From Gammaproteobacteria bacterium (GTDB lineage: Bacteria; Pseudomonadota; Gammaproteobacteria; CAJXQU01), in assembly GCA_965238175.1 (NCBI GenBank), contig CBDEGZ010000003.1, positions 1,568,001-1,632,000 of the forward strand: DNA of 64,000 bases. Reading direction: 5' to 3'. This document shows, one piece after another, positions 9,166-19,729 of this stretch. The stretch's first letter is position 1, and each line of letters starts with the position of its first letter. Made by a program: the position numbers and the translations under genes. A model generated the notes under the pieces. That model did not search any database. It was not told where the DNA came from and worked only from the letters and a program-made list of their open reading frames with translations.

Positions 9166-9966
9166 GTGTATACTAAAAGTAATTCTATGTGTTATTTCGT
9201 TTTATTATTTTTGATACTATTATCAACCTCAGGCTGTAGTTCGGAAAAGGTTCTGGAACAGCCTCAGGCCATAGTGTTTACAAAAACGGCAACTCTTGTT
9301 TCAGTGCAAGATGCACACGAGTTTACTGTTTCTGAAAATGATATAGCGCTCCGTGTCGAAGATAAAAATAATAGTGTCTATTTAATTCATAGTAATGGGT
9401 TTGTTACTCAGGCAGAGAGTCTGTCATATAGACGTTTACCCACCACCATACTGGTTCCAAAAGAAACGAGCTTTATTACAATAGATTGTACGCAAAAGGT
9501 TGATCAAAGTTATTATATAAATCCTGAAGTGAGTGAAGATTGTCAAATACATGCTACGGGCGGTGAAGAAATAACTTATGTAGGTGCCGGAGAATTATCT
9601 GAGTTATACTCACATAACTTCTGTTTTGAAGAAAAAAGATTTATCTGCGGGATTGATTCGTCTGTAGATATGTATGGCTTGCCGCGAACATTATTTGAAT
9701 TTAATGAAGTAGCTTTTTTTGCGCATTGGAATGATTTAAGCTTATCCTACGAAGGGTTCGATATTACGAATAAAATAGGTATTTTTCGCCAACCTTTTAT
9801 TGCCACAAAAAATACGCCCGCAGCTGTAATAACACATTATCAATATGTAGCTAAAAATAATTTAGAATATACAGACTTACAAGAAATCACAAAAATAAAT
9901 TCTGGATTATTAAATAAATGCAGACCAGAGACAGAGGTGAGAGTTAGTAGCTGGTGCAAATATTAG
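9166..9966 (+). CDS. Hypothetical lipoprotein
   Basis: 266 aa with hydrophobic leader and lipobox-like LSTSGC; start uncertain. Confidence 0.6.
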   Translation: MYTKSNSMCYFVLLFLILLSTSGCSSEKVLEQPQAIVFTKTATLVSVQDAHEFTVSENDIALRVEDKNNSVYLIHSNGFVTQAESLSYRRLPTTILVPKETSFITIDCTQKVDQSYYINPEVSEDCQIHATGGEEITYVGAGELSELYSHNFCFEEKRFICGIDSSVDMYGLPRTLFEFNEVAFFAHWNDLSLSYEGFDITNKIGIFRQPFIATKNTPAAVITHYQYVAKNNLEYTDLQEITKINSGLLNKCRPETEVRVSSWCKY

Positions 9967-10353
9967 TGTAATAATTTATTATAATTGTTTAGAGAATGGA
10001 TCATTAAACTTATATGTCACCAATACGTTAAATGATAAATATATTATAAGTATAAAAACACCTAATACAAATATCGTAACTGAAAGTTATTCCATAGAAG
10101 ACAATATCTTAATATTTAATTCAAACCAAGGAAGTGTGCATGAGCATATTCCTTACGCGATAAAAATAAATTTAGCTAAGAAAACTCACCCCCTTACTAT
10201 TACGTATAGAATATCAACAGATTAATTTCAAGACAGAAACGTACCGTTGAAAAATTTGGAGGGTTTATTCTCGATTTGTAGGCGATAGTCGACTGTGAGA
10301 TTAATCTTAAACTTATTTTTTATAAAGTGTCCTATTACTTTATTAAGTCAATG

Positions 10354-11004
10354 TCAGCGTAAATAATCCAAAGCCAACTTTGGATGCTTAATTGAACCAT
10401 CAGCCCCCCAGTCTTCTGGTTTGTCTTTTGACCCAAGATATCCAAATAATGCAACTAGGGATTGCATGCCCGCATTCCTGGCGGCTTGAATATCACGTTC
10501 AGCATCACCGATATAAAGACATTCATGTGGTGCAAGTTCAAGCAATGTTGCTGCATAGATCAGCGGTTCGGGATGTGGTTTTGAATGCGCTGTTGTGTCA
10601 CCACTTACAATACATTTGGTTCGTTGAGTTATTTTAAGTTTATCCATCAAGGGTAGAGTGAATCGTTCAGGTTTATTGGTGACAATTCCCCAAAGGATAT
10701 TATTCTGATCAAGATGATTGATCAGATCTTCTATGCCTTCAAAAAGTGTTGTCTGTTGGGCAATATTATTGCTGTAGTTTTCGAGCAGTTCTTTTTTTAA
10801 TTCGGCAAAACCTTCATTTTGCTCATTAAGATCAAATCCTAATTTGATCAATGCATTAGCACCATTGGATGTTTGTAGGCGGACTTCTTCCAAAGGCAAC
10901 TCAGTAAGTTTTTTATCCGTACGACATTTGTTTAGTGCAGCCGCTAAATCTGGTGCTGTGTCGGCAAAAGTGCCATCGAGATCAAATAGTACGGCTTTGA
11001 TCAT
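10354..11004 (-). CDS. gph: HAD-IA phosphatase (phosphoglycolate phosphatase / MupP-like)
   Basis: FDLDGT, VTNK, KPHPEP and IGDAERD motifs; conserved position downstream of ubiG. Confidence 0.85.
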   Translation of the reverse strand: MIKAVLFDLDGTFADTAPDLAAALNKCRTDKKLTELPLEEVRLQTSNGANALIKLGFDLNEQNEGFAELKKELLENYSNNIAQQTTLFEGIEDLINHLDQNNILWGIVTNKPERFTLPLMDKLKITQRTKCIVSGDTTAHSKPHPEPLIYAATLLELAPHECLYIGDAERDIQAARNAGMQSLVALFGYLGSKDKPEDWGADGSIKHPKLALDYLR

Positions 11005-11169
11005 GATTTTATTAGAAAGAAAGTTAAGATTATTAGTATGGAAATTAAGGAAGTTCCCTCAATAAAAGTACTTAAGGTACTGTTTTCTTCGACCATGTTT
11101 TTCGGTAAAATATGTTTAGTGAGTAAGTTACCTAAAGGTTGAAAAACTTCGATAATAATATCCACGAGT

Positions 11170-11874
11170 TTATTGTTTTTGAGCGCAGATCAAATAATTC
11201 ACTTTTAGATCTTCTGTTAGGGCAGCTTCACTATTGATCGGGTTGTATGACATTCCTGATAGATCTTCCAGATTGAGATCATGTTTTCTTAACCAATTAG
11301 CTATTTCTGCAGGTTGGATAAATTTTGCATAATCGTGGGTTCCTTTCGGCAAGAGAGACAATACATATTCAGCGCCTAAAACGGCGAACACATAGGCCTT
11401 CAATGTTCGGTTTAAGGTTGATAAGAAAATGTAACCATCTGTTTTGACCAATTTTTTGCATGCAACGATAATGCTTTCGGGGGAGGGTACGTGTTCGAGC
11501 AACTCCATACAGGTGACGACGTCAAATTGTTCGTAATTATCTGCTGCCAACGCTTCTGCCGTTGAATGTAAGTAATGTACTTTTGATCCGCTTTCCATTT
11601 GCTGCAGGCGGGCAACTTGCAAAGCTTCTTCACTGGCATCAATAGCGGTGACGATTGCGCCTTTGCTATCCATGCTTTCCGCTAAAATTCCACCACCACA
11701 GCCAATATCCGCAACAGTTTTAAGCTTAAGTTCTCCTGAACGATTTTCGATATACTCAAGTCGTACAGGGTTAATATGGTGTAGGGTTTTTAGATCGCCT
11801 TTTGGATCCCACCAGTTTGATGCCATCAAGCTAAATTTGTTGATTTCGTGAGGGTCGATATTTGGATTATTCAT
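11170..11874 (-). CDS. ubiG: Ubiquinone biosynthesis O-methyltransferase
   Basis: WWDPKG..LHHINPVRL, DIGCGGG, CMELLEHVP and LPKGTHDY motifs. Confidence 0.96.
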   Translation of the reverse strand: MNNPNIDPHEINKFSLMASNWWDPKGDLKTLHHINPVRLEYIENRSGELKLKTVADIGCGGGILAESMDSKGAIVTAIDASEEALQVARLQQMESGSKVHYLHSTAEALAADNYEQFDVVTCMELLEHVPSPESIIVACKKLVKTDGYIFLSTLNRTLKAYVFAVLGAEYVLSLLPKGTHDYAKFIQPAEIANWLRKHDLNLEDLSGMSYNPINSEAALTEDLKVNYLICAQKQ

Positions 11875-12599
11875 TCGCTCATTATATCAACAATCGAGAC
11901 GGTTATATTATCCGTACCTCCATCGTTAAGTGCTAATTTGATCAATTGTTGTACTGCTTCTTGAGGATCATAATTATTTAATGTTTCTTCAATAACAGAA
12001 TGGGAAACATGCTTATCAAGACCGTCAGAACTGAGTAAAAAACGATCCCTCTCGTTTAGCTCACTAGTTCCGGTCTCAAGTTGTAGATCACCATGAGTAC
12101 CAATACAACGAGTAAGCACATTCGCTGAGGAATGCCGACTTGCCTCATCACGTGACAGCATTCCAAGATCGACATAAACTTCGGCTTGAGAATGATCACG
12201 AGTAAGTTGGGTAAGTTCTTGATCTCTTAGCTGGTATAATCGACTGTCGCCAGCCCAAATGAAGTGACACTCGTCATCTACAATATGCATAACAATAACC
12301 GTACTGCCATTAATACGATTATTCTCATTGCCCACTTCAATTAATCTGTTATTTGTTTTATAAAGTGATAGCTTTATTTTTTCTATTGATTCATTTGTTG
12401 ATTCTGATGGGTTTTCTAATGAGAGTTCATTCACAGATTCAATAATAAATTGACTGGCAAAATCGCCTGCGTCGTGGCCGCCCATTCCATCGGCTATTAC
12501 CCATAGATTGGCTTCTGGTTTATCAAGAAAGGCGTCTTCATTATGTTTGCGTACGTATCCAACGTGTGTTGCCGAACATGATGCACTGATAAAGCTCAT
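11871..12599 (-). CDS. PP2C-family Ser/Thr protein phosphatase
   Basis: RKHNED, ADGMGGH, GDSRLY, SDGL and GGTDN motifs. Confidence 0.93.
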   Translation of the reverse strand: MSFISASCSATHVGYVRKHNEDAFLDKPEANLWVIADGMGGHDAGDFASQFIIESVNELSLENPSESTNESIEKIKLSLYKTNNRLIEVGNENNRINGSTVIVMHIVDDECHFIWAGDSRLYQLRDQELTQLTRDHSQAEVYVDLGMLSRDEASRHSSANVLTRCIGTHGDLQLETGTSELNERDRFLLSSDGLDKHVSHSVIEETLNNYDPQEAVQQLIKLALNDGGTDNITVSIVDIMSE

Positions 12600-12615
12600 T
12601 TTTAATGTAGGAAAC

Positions 12616-13536
12616 TTATTCGCGGGTTATCTGGAAATGCAGAACATGCTCGGGATGTTCTTTGAAAGATTTACCAAAACTTATCTCACCCTCGGGCGGT
12701 AGAAGCATTTCGTCTCGGCGTAGAAATATCTCTCGACCTTTTTCATTTTTTATCCAAGTTCCATTGGTACTTAAGTCAATGATGAAAAGCTTTCCTCGAC
12801 GATTTTCTATCGTGAGATGTTGTCGCGAGGCTAATTCTTCTTCTAAGGCTATATCGCAATGCATACTTCTACCAACTGCGAATTGGTTTTGTTTGTCACG
12901 GAAGACATAACCTTGCTTATTGTATTGCATCATTAAGGTTGTTGGTATTTTATTTTTGCGAGCGGCACCAATTGTCATTTGAGTGAGATCTTTTTCGTCA
13001 TCAAATATTTCATAGATATCAATATCTTCAGATTTTCCTTTCATTTGAGTTCTATCAATGTGTCGACAATTTTCAAAAAGTCCTGTAGGTAATTGTTTTG
13101 CAGTTTCTCCTGAAGTTATAATTTGTCCTGGTTTTGAGAGGGAGACAAGTCGGGCGGCGATATTAACGGAATCACCAAAGACATCACCATTCTCCATAAT
13201 CGTAGGCCCGGAGTGTAGGCCAACCCGGATATCCAATCTTTTATGTAGTTCAACTTGAATAGACTCTTTTTGTATTTGACAGGCCGCTTTGACGGCATTC
13301 TCCACCGATTCAAACCGAATCATTAGTTCATCACCGATGGTTTTGACAATGATTCCACCACTACGTTCTGCAATTGTTTCAATTGATTGTAAACATTCGG
13401 AAACTCGTTCTTTAGCCTTTTGATCACCAAGCCTTTCGTACAGTTGAGTGCTGTTACAAATATCAGCAAATAACAGGGTTTGATTGGTGTTTTTTACTTT
13501 TGTGGTCACTTTGGAGGTCACTTGCATCGCTAGCAT
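12616..13536 (-). CDS. Class III adenylate cyclase with C-terminal FHA domain
   Basis: Cyclase motifs LFADI, KTIGD and DVFGDSVNIAAR; FHA motifs VGR, SRQH and DLSTNGT. Confidence 0.9.
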   Translation of the reverse strand: MLAMQVTSKVTTKVKNTNQTLLFADICNSTQLYERLGDQKAKERVSECLQSIETIAERSGGIIVKTIGDELMIRFESVENAVKAACQIQKESIQVELHKRLDIRVGLHSGPTIMENGDVFGDSVNIAARLVSLSKPGQIITSGETAKQLPTGLFENCRHIDRTQMKGKSEDIDIYEIFDDEKDLTQMTIGAARKNKIPTTLMMQYNKQGYVFRDKQNQFAVGRSMHCDIALEEELASRQHLTIENRRGKLFIIDLSTNGTWIKNEKGREIFLRRDEMLLPPEGEISFGKSFKEHPEHVLHFQITRE

Positions 13537-13695
13537 TAATAGAAAGGTGGTTATTATTTATAATGAGTAAAGTATGAAGGATACAGTGCTGCCATCATTA
13601 ACTATTTGCAACTTAAGTTAAATAATGTCACATCTTCACTCTGGATGACTGTTTACTGACAATTAAGGGAAAAGATAGGCTATTCTGTCAAGGTT

Positions 13696-14148
13696 ATGGA
13701 TAGGTCTATACGTCTAATATCTACACATTCTACTGGCTCTCAATTGATGCAGGGTACTTATGTGAGAACAGATAAGGGTTCGGCCAGTGTCACAACAATC
13801 AAACCGCCGACTGAGCATAATGCTGATAATACCGTCTCGAGAATACAACGCAGATCGCGTTGGCAGAACACTCCCGGTATTCGGGTCTCATTACAGAGTC
13901 TGGATACTGAACCACAGATTGAAGAATATAGAAGTCTTAAGTTTGACGGGCGCAGAAAAGCATCGACCAAGATAGTACCTGAAATGATCATCAATCCAGA
14001 TAAATTTAATAAAGGTCAATTTGCAGAAGGGAGCTTCCGTACGGTAAACCCTAGATCTAAAATGGTATTGGATGATTTTATCCAACAAATGGGCGGTGCT
14101 GCACAACCGGCTGATCAGAATGGCAGCCTTGTTAATACTTCAGTTTAG
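13696..14148 (+). CDS. Hypothetical protein
   Basis: 150-aa ORF filling the gap between flanking genes; no recognised motif. Confidence 0.55.
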   Translation: MDRSIRLISTHSTGSQLMQGTYVRTDKGSASVTTIKPPTEHNADNTVSRIQRRSRWQNTPGIRVSLQSLDTEPQIEEYRSLKFDGRRKASTKIVPEMIINPDKFNKGQFAEGSFRTVNPRSKMVLDDFIQQMGGAAQPADQNGSLVNTSV

Positions 14149-14177
14149 ATTTTTGTCTTAAGTTAATAATTTAAGAA

Positions 14178-14678
14178 CTAGGGTTTTTTACCCATTTTTG
14201 GCGCTTCGCCATATTTTTCAATATAGTCATCTGCCAGTTGCTGAGCTGCAGCGAGTTGCTCATCGCTAAGCTTTTCGCGTGTGGGATCTAAAGCAAGTTT
14301 TGATTTTTTATGACCTAAATGTGTCGCTACTTTGTACCAGGCGTATGCTGCTTCGTAGTCTTGCGGGACACCTTTACCTTCGGCATACAATTTACCAAGT
14401 CTATATTGCGCTTCCTTAACGCCTTGTTTTGATGCTTTTAAATACCACTGAGCTGCTTCTTTATCGTCTTGTTCGACGCCTTGGCCTTTTGAGAACATAA
14501 CTCCAAGATAATACTGCGCGTATGGATGGTTACTGTTTTGAGCTAATGGCATCATTGTTTGCCAGGCTTTTTCATGGTCACCATTTGCATAGGCGAAGAC
14601 ACCGTCATTGAAATCTGCATGCGCCGCTGATGAGAGCGTGAGAACTAAAATGGTGATTAGGGATGGTTTTCTGAACAT
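14178..14678 (-). CDS. Exported Sel1-like repeat protein
   Basis: Signal peptide and repeats AQYYLGVMFSKGQGVEQD and AQYRLGKLYAEGKGVPQD. Confidence 0.9.
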   Translation of the reverse strand: MFRKPSLITILVLTLSSAAHADFNDGVFAYANGDHEKAWQTMMPLAQNSNHPYAQYYLGVMFSKGQGVEQDDKEAAQWYLKASKQGVKEAQYRLGKLYAEGKGVPQDYEAAYAWYKVATHLGHKKSKLALDPTREKLSDEQLAAAQQLADDYIEKYGEAPKMGKKP

Positions 14679-14775
14679 TAATCCTTTCCTGTTGAGTGGT
14701 TGTGCATATTATTGTTATATATAGGTGAATGTTAAGTGAACGGGTGAAGTTTACCCCAATCAGGCAGAGGATTAT

Positions 14776-15762
14776 ATGGAAAAATTTCGGGTATTTCGAA
14801 TCTATAAAAACGATCAACAAATTGTTGGTCGTATTGAAGAATCAACCTTAGATGAGTTGTCAGTTGGCGAAGTTGTGATCAAATCTGAATATTCAAGTGT
14901 CAATTATAAGGATGCTTTAGCAGCAACAGGAGCCGGAAAGATTATTTCCAAGTTCCCATTAATCGGCGGTATTGATGTATCTGGAGTGGTCGAAAGTTCT
15001 CAAGATGATCGGTTTAAAGCGGGAGATAAGGTGTTGGTCACAGGCTATGAAATGGGTATGTCACATGACGGTGGCTATGCTGAATATGTACGTGTGCCGG
15101 CAGAATGGGTGATCCCGTTACCTTCTACTTTAACCACGAGAGAAGCGATGATCATGGGTACCGCCGGCTTCACTGCGGCACTCTGTATTGCTCGAATGGA
15201 ACAGAATGGACAAAATCCTGCACAGGGTCCGATTTTGATCACAGGTGCTTCCGGTGGTGTCGGCTGTATGGCAATCGATATGTTTTCTTCTAAGGGTTAT
15301 GACGTTACTGCGCTTACTGGCAAAATGGGTGAAGTGGATTACCTACGTAATCTTGGGGCGAAAGAAGTTCTTGATCGAAATGATCTCACATTTTCTGAAA
15401 GACCTTTAGAAAGATCATTATGGGCTGGCGCCGTGGATAATGTTGGTGGCGATATACTCAGTTGGATAACTAAAACGGTTCAACCCTGGGGGAATATTGC
15501 CTCTGTTGGGCTTGCGGCCAATACTCAATTGGAAACCACAGTACTTCCATTTATTTTAAGAGGTGTTAGCTTGCTCGGTATTACTTCTGCAGGTTGTCCA
15601 ACAGATTTACGTCATAAAATCTGGAGCCGTATTGGCACAGATCTTCGCCCACAACATTTTGATCAAATAGCACTTCAAGAAGTGGTTTTAGAAGAGCTGG
15701 ATGATGTGTTCCGTGCAATGCTTAAAGGTGAAACAAAAGGGCGAACTATTGTTCGTTTGTAA
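14776..15762 (+). CDS. acuI: Acrylyl-CoA reductase / YhdH-family quinone oxidoreductase
   Basis: YSSVNYKDALA, GTAGFTA, TGASGGVG and PFILRGV motifs. Confidence 0.85.
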   Translation: MEKFRVFRIYKNDQQIVGRIEESTLDELSVGEVVIKSEYSSVNYKDALAATGAGKIISKFPLIGGIDVSGVVESSQDDRFKAGDKVLVTGYEMGMSHDGGYAEYVRVPAEWVIPLPSTLTTREAMIMGTAGFTAALCIARMEQNGQNPAQGPILITGASGGVGCMAIDMFSSKGYDVTALTGKMGEVDYLRNLGAKEVLDRNDLTFSERPLERSLWAGAVDNVGGDILSWITKTVQPWGNIASVGLAANTQLETTVLPFILRGVSLLGITSAGCPTDLRHKIWSRIGTDLRPQHFDQIALQEVVLEELDDVFRAMLKGETKGRTIVRL

Positions 15763-15766
15763 TGAA

Positions 15767-15916
15767 ATACCTAAACAACTTGGAAATAGAGTTTTCAGCG
15801 AAGCCGATAGCTTCACCCAAAGGGCGCGTCCAAGCCGCTACGCCACAGCGTTAGTGTTCTTGAAAAGGGAACAACCTTTCTCGGCGTACACTGCATTTTC
15901 AAGTAGTTTGGGTATA
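15767..15916. repeat. ERIC-like MITE, copy 1
   Basis: Terminal inverted repeats ATACCTAAACAACTTGGAAAT and ATTTTCAAGTAGTTTGGGTAT (18/21 complementary). Internal segment is similar to copy 3. Confidence 0.7.
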
Positions 15917-15954
15917 TAATCGCCCGCTTTTAACGACTAACCACTTACGAATCT

Positions 15955-17364
15955 ATGTCATCAGCAAAGACTTTATACGACAAATTATGGGATGCGCACG
16001 TTGTTCGCGAGAACGGTGATGGTACTTCACTTATTTATATCGATCGTCATTTGATCCACGAAGTGACGTCACCCCAAGCTTTTGAAGGCTTAAAACTGGC
16101 GGATCGAAAACCATGGCGCATTGATGCTAACTTAGCTGTTTCTGATCATAATGTGCCGACAACCGATCGATCTCAGCCTATTGAAGATCCGGTTTCAAAG
16201 TTACAGTTAGATACTCTGGATGAAAATTGTTCTGAATGGGAAATCACACAGTTTGATATTAATGATCCACGGCAAGGTATTGTTCATGTTATTGGGCCAG
16301 AGCAGGGTGCTTCTCTACCGGGAATGACCATTGTCTGTGGTGACTCGCATACTTCTACTCATGGTGGTCTTGGAGCATTAGCATTTGGGATAGGCACATC
16401 GGAAGTCGAACATACACTGGCAACACAATGTTTAGTGTTACAAAAATCTAAAAATATGTTGATCCAAGTTGATGGACATGTTGGTAAAGGCATAACAGCC
16501 AAAGATATTATCCTTGCGATTATTGGTCAGATTGGAACGGCGGGTGGCACTGGATATGCTGTGGAGTTCGCGGGTTCAGCTATTGAAGATCTGTCGATGG
16601 AAGGCCGCATGACTTTGTGTAATATGGCGATTGAAGCGGGTGCAAGATCAGGTTTCGTTGCTGTTGATGATAAAACGATCGAATTTGTAAAAGACAGGCC
16701 TTATTCACCTAAGGGAAAAATGTGGGATCAAGCCGTTGAATATTGGAGAACATTGCATACTGATGAAGGTGCAAGTTTCGATAAGGTTGTAACACTAAAT
16801 TGTGAACAGATAGAACCTCAAGTCACTTGGGGAACATCACCAGAAATGGTTGTTTCTATTACGGAAACTATTCCTGATCCGACGCAAGAATCTGATCCTG
16901 TAAAAGCAGAGGGTATGACAAATGCTTTAGCCTATATGGATCTGAAAGTGGGTACGCCTATTTCCGAGGTAAAAATTAATCGTGTCTTTATTGGTTCCTG
17001 CACAAATTCACGTATTGAAGACATGCGAGCGGCAGCAGAAATAGCTAAAACTGGCAGAGTTGCTAGTAGTGTTACGGAAGCCATCGTAGTTCCAGGCTCA
17101 GGTCTTGTGAAAAGACAGGCTGAAGAAGAAGGTCTTGATCAGATATTCATTGATGCTGGTTTTGAGTGGCGTGAACCTGGTTGTTCAATGTGCCTAGGAA
17201 TGAATCCTGATCAACTTAAATCAGGTGAACACTGCGCATCAACTTCAAACCGTAATTTTGAAGGGCGACAAGGACCTGGCGGCAGGACACATCTGGTCAG
17301 TCCAGCGATGGCAGCCGCCGCCGCAATTGCAGGTCACTTTGTAGATGTTCGGGAGGTAAATTAA
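15955..17364 (+). CDS. leuC: 3-isopropylmalate dehydratase large subunit
   Basis: [22 protein letters not shown] and CSMCLGMN motifs. Confidence 0.98.
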   Translation: MSSAKTLYDKLWDAHVVRENGDGTSLIYIDRHLIHEVTSPQAFEGLKLADRKPWRIDANLAVSDHNVPTTDRSQPIEDPVSKLQLDTLDENCSEWEITQFDINDPRQGIVHVIGPEQGASLPGMTIVCGDSHTSTHGGLGALAFGIGTSEVEHTLATQCLVLQKSKNMLIQVDGHVGKGITAKDIILAIIGQIGTAGGTGYAVEFAGSAIEDLSMEGRMTLCNMAIEAGARSGFVAVDDKTIEFVKDRPYSPKGKMWDQAVEYWRTLHTDEGASFDKVVTLNCEQIEPQVTWGTSPEMVVSITETIPDPTQESDPVKAEGMTNALAYMDLKVGTPISEVKINRVFIGSCTNSRIEDMRAAAEIAKTGRVASSVTEAIVVPGSGLVKRQAEEEGLDQIFIDAGFEWREPGCSMCLGMNPDQLKSGEHCASTSNRNFEGRQGPGGRTHLVSPAMAAAAAIAGHFVDVREVN

Positions 17365-18005
17365 TGGAAGCTTTTACAACACTAAAAGGATTAGTAGTAT
17401 CGTTGGATCGGCCCAATGTAGATACGGATGCGATCATTCCTAAACAATTCTTGAAATCGATCAAACGAAGTGGTTTCGGCCCTAATCTTTTTGATGAGTG
17501 GCGTTATCTTGATCAGGGACAACCTGGACAAGATTGTAGTAATAGACCTTTGAATCCTGATTTTGTACTCAATCAGGACAGATACCAGGGTGCTCAGATT
17601 ATGTTGGGCAGAGATAATTTTGGCTGTGGATCGTCTCGTGAACACGCACCGTGGGCTTTTTATGATTATGGGATAAGCTGCATTATTGCCCCAAGCTTTG
17701 CGGATATTTTTCACAGCAACTCCTTTAAAAATGGTATCTTATTAGTAAAACTTGATTCAGAAACTATCGATCAATTATTCACAGAAGTTGAGATGATGTC
17801 TGGATATGAATTGGATGTGGATCTCGCATCACAAACGATCAAAACTCCGAGTGGTGAAGAGATTAAATTTGATGTTGATGGTTCCCTAAAACATCGGCTT
17901 TTGAATGGACTTGATGATATTGGTATTACCTTACAGCATGCCGATGAGATCAAAGCTTATGAGCAAAATAGAAACCAGCTAACGCCTTGGTTATTTAACG
18001 CGTAG
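17364..18005 (+). CDS. leuD: 3-isopropylmalate dehydratase small subunit
   Basis: [13 protein letters not shown] and [11 protein letters not shown] motifs. Confidence 0.98.
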   Translation: MEAFTTLKGLVVSLDRPNVDTDAIIPKQFLKSIKRSGFGPNLFDEWRYLDQGQPGQDCSNRPLNPDFVLNQDRYQGAQIMLGRDNFGCGSSREHAPWAFYDYGISCIIAPSFADIFHSNSFKNGILLVKLDSETIDQLFTEVEMMSGYELDVDLASQTIKTPSGEEIKFDVDGSLKHRLLNGLDDIGITLQHADEIKAYEQNRNQLTPWLFNA

Positions 18006-19275
18006 ATTCATCTTCTGCTTTTTTAAAAAGCGGTAATCGATAGATCGTATTGATTGCGCCTGCAATGGCAACAAAAGCCAAAATTTTGATAACACCAACG
18101 GTAGAAAGCCCCCATTCACAGACTAAGACAGTCATTATCAGGAAGAAAAGCATCACAGTTGTTTGTATAAAGTTATAACCGGCTAAAACAATTCCCAGCT
18201 CACGTTCTTTTGCATGCAGCTGGATAAATGCGTTTAGCGGTACTATGAATAAACCTCCAAAAAAGCCAACTGAAAAAAAGTTAATGGCATGTGCTTCTGG
18301 TGAACTTAGAAAAGGAATAATTGCAATCGTTATCGCAATTCCAATTGATCCAATCAATACTAGCCCAGTTGCATTGTGATTCTCCGCATATTTGCCGGAG
18401 GTAATCGATCCAAACATTATTCCTATACCAGTACAGGCCATCATGCCCTGGATAATGATCGTATTCAGCATTTCCATCGTTTCTTTCGCAAATGCAGGAA
18501 AAGAGGCAAGCATTACCTGACAGATTGCCCAGAAGATAGACAAGCCAATAATTGATGTCCAAATGACTTTGTGATGAAAAACAAGACTGAGGTTTGTTTT
18601 TAGATAACCACCTCGTTTGTAGCGATCAAAATCAAAATGTAATTCTTCATAAACCTTCTTTTTTTGCGGAAGACGAAAAGTAAGTGCAAATTCGATGAGA
18701 GCACCAAGGATCAATGCCCAGCCGACCGGCGCGACTATTTTGATCAATTCTGATTTGTCTTGATAAGTCACACCTTTAAGCAGACTTTCAAATATGATCG
18801 AAAAGATGAATGTTCCAGATAATATCGCGATAATCGTTACTGCCTGAACAAGACCATTCGCAGATGATAGATATTTTTTGCCAACCAACTCACGAATAAA
18901 GCCGAATTTTGCTGGTGAATAAATCGCGCTTTGTACCGCCAGCAAGAATGTCATACTGAATGCTGCCCAAAAGTAGCCGAGGTAATAAAACAGGGTAATC
19001 AAGCAGGTTAAACAAACTGCAATAAAGGCACTGATTCTAATGACATTATTCTTCGGGTATTTATCAGCTAGAAATCCAGCAGGTGTGAACAGAAGAATGA
19101 AGGGTAATAAAATCAGCGCATTAACAATAGCAGTTAAGATTACTTGCTCTTGCCCATCATATGTTTTGAAAACGGTATTTTGGATAATGATCTTGTGGCC
19201 CAAATCAACAAAAGCGTTGAGAAAAACGACCAGTACATAGGGAAGAAATCCGATGATTTTAAACAGTTTGAGCAT
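17995..19275 (-). CDS. MFS transporter, lysophospholipid flippase LplT / Aas N-terminal-domain-like
   Basis: About 12 hydrophobic segments; [23 protein letters not shown] and QSAIYSPAK motifs. Probable start MLKLFK. Confidence 0.75.
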   Translation of the reverse strand: MLKLFKIIGFLPYVLVVFLNAFVDLGHKIIIQNTVFKTYDGQEQVILTAIVNALILLPFILLFTPAGFLADKYPKNNVIRISAFIAVCLTCLITLFYYLGYFWAAFSMTFLLAVQSAIYSPAKFGFIRELVGKKYLSSANGLVQAVTIIAILSGTFIFSIIFESLLKGVTYQDKSELIKIVAPVGWALILGALIEFALTFRLPQKKKVYEELHFDFDRYKRGGYLKTNLSLVFHHKVIWTSIIGLSIFWAICQVMLASFPAFAKETMEMLNTIIIQGMMACTGIGIMFGSITSGKYAENHNATGLVLIGSIGIAITIAIIPFLSSPEAHAINFFSVGFFGGLFIVPLNAFIQLHAKERELGIVLAGYNFIQTTVMLFFLIMTVLVCEWGLSTVGVIKILAFVAIAGAINTIYRLPLFKKAEDESTR

Positions 19276-19441
19276 ATCGAGATCCTTTGTAATGTTTTGC
19301 TTGGAAGAAATGCACAAACAACGCTATATATAGGTTTATTTCTCTGAGTCTATTTTTAAAGTTTGTTAATTTGGTGTCTTTAGTAATGAAATGAAGATAG
19401 ACGCTCCAGAGTTTAGCAATAAATGGGGTAGAATCCACCTT

Positions 19442-19729
19442 ATGAACTCACAAACAGACAAACTGGATCAAATATCCTGTTGGATCTACAGAAGTAATAG
19501 AAAAGAAGAGATGTACCTTTACCTTAGTAACAAAGATGATTTAGAAGAGGTGCCTGACGATCTACAGAAAAGACTTGGGGAACTGGATTTTGTTATGCAG
19601 TTGGAATTGTCTGAGCAACGTCAGTTAGCCAGAGCAGATGTCTCTGAGGTAATGAAAGCACTCTGTGACGAAGGGTATTATCTGCAAATGCCACCAAAAT
19701 TAATTCCTGATCTGCACTTTGGTGATTAA
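19442..19729 (+). CDS. ycgL: YcgL domain protein
   Basis: CWIYRS.RKEEMYLYL and GYYLQMPP motifs. Confidence 0.88.
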   Translation: MNSQTDKLDQISCWIYRSNRKEEMYLYLSNKDDLEEVPDDLQKRLGELDFVMQLELSEQRQLARADVSEVMKALCDEGYYLQMPPKLIPDLHFGD

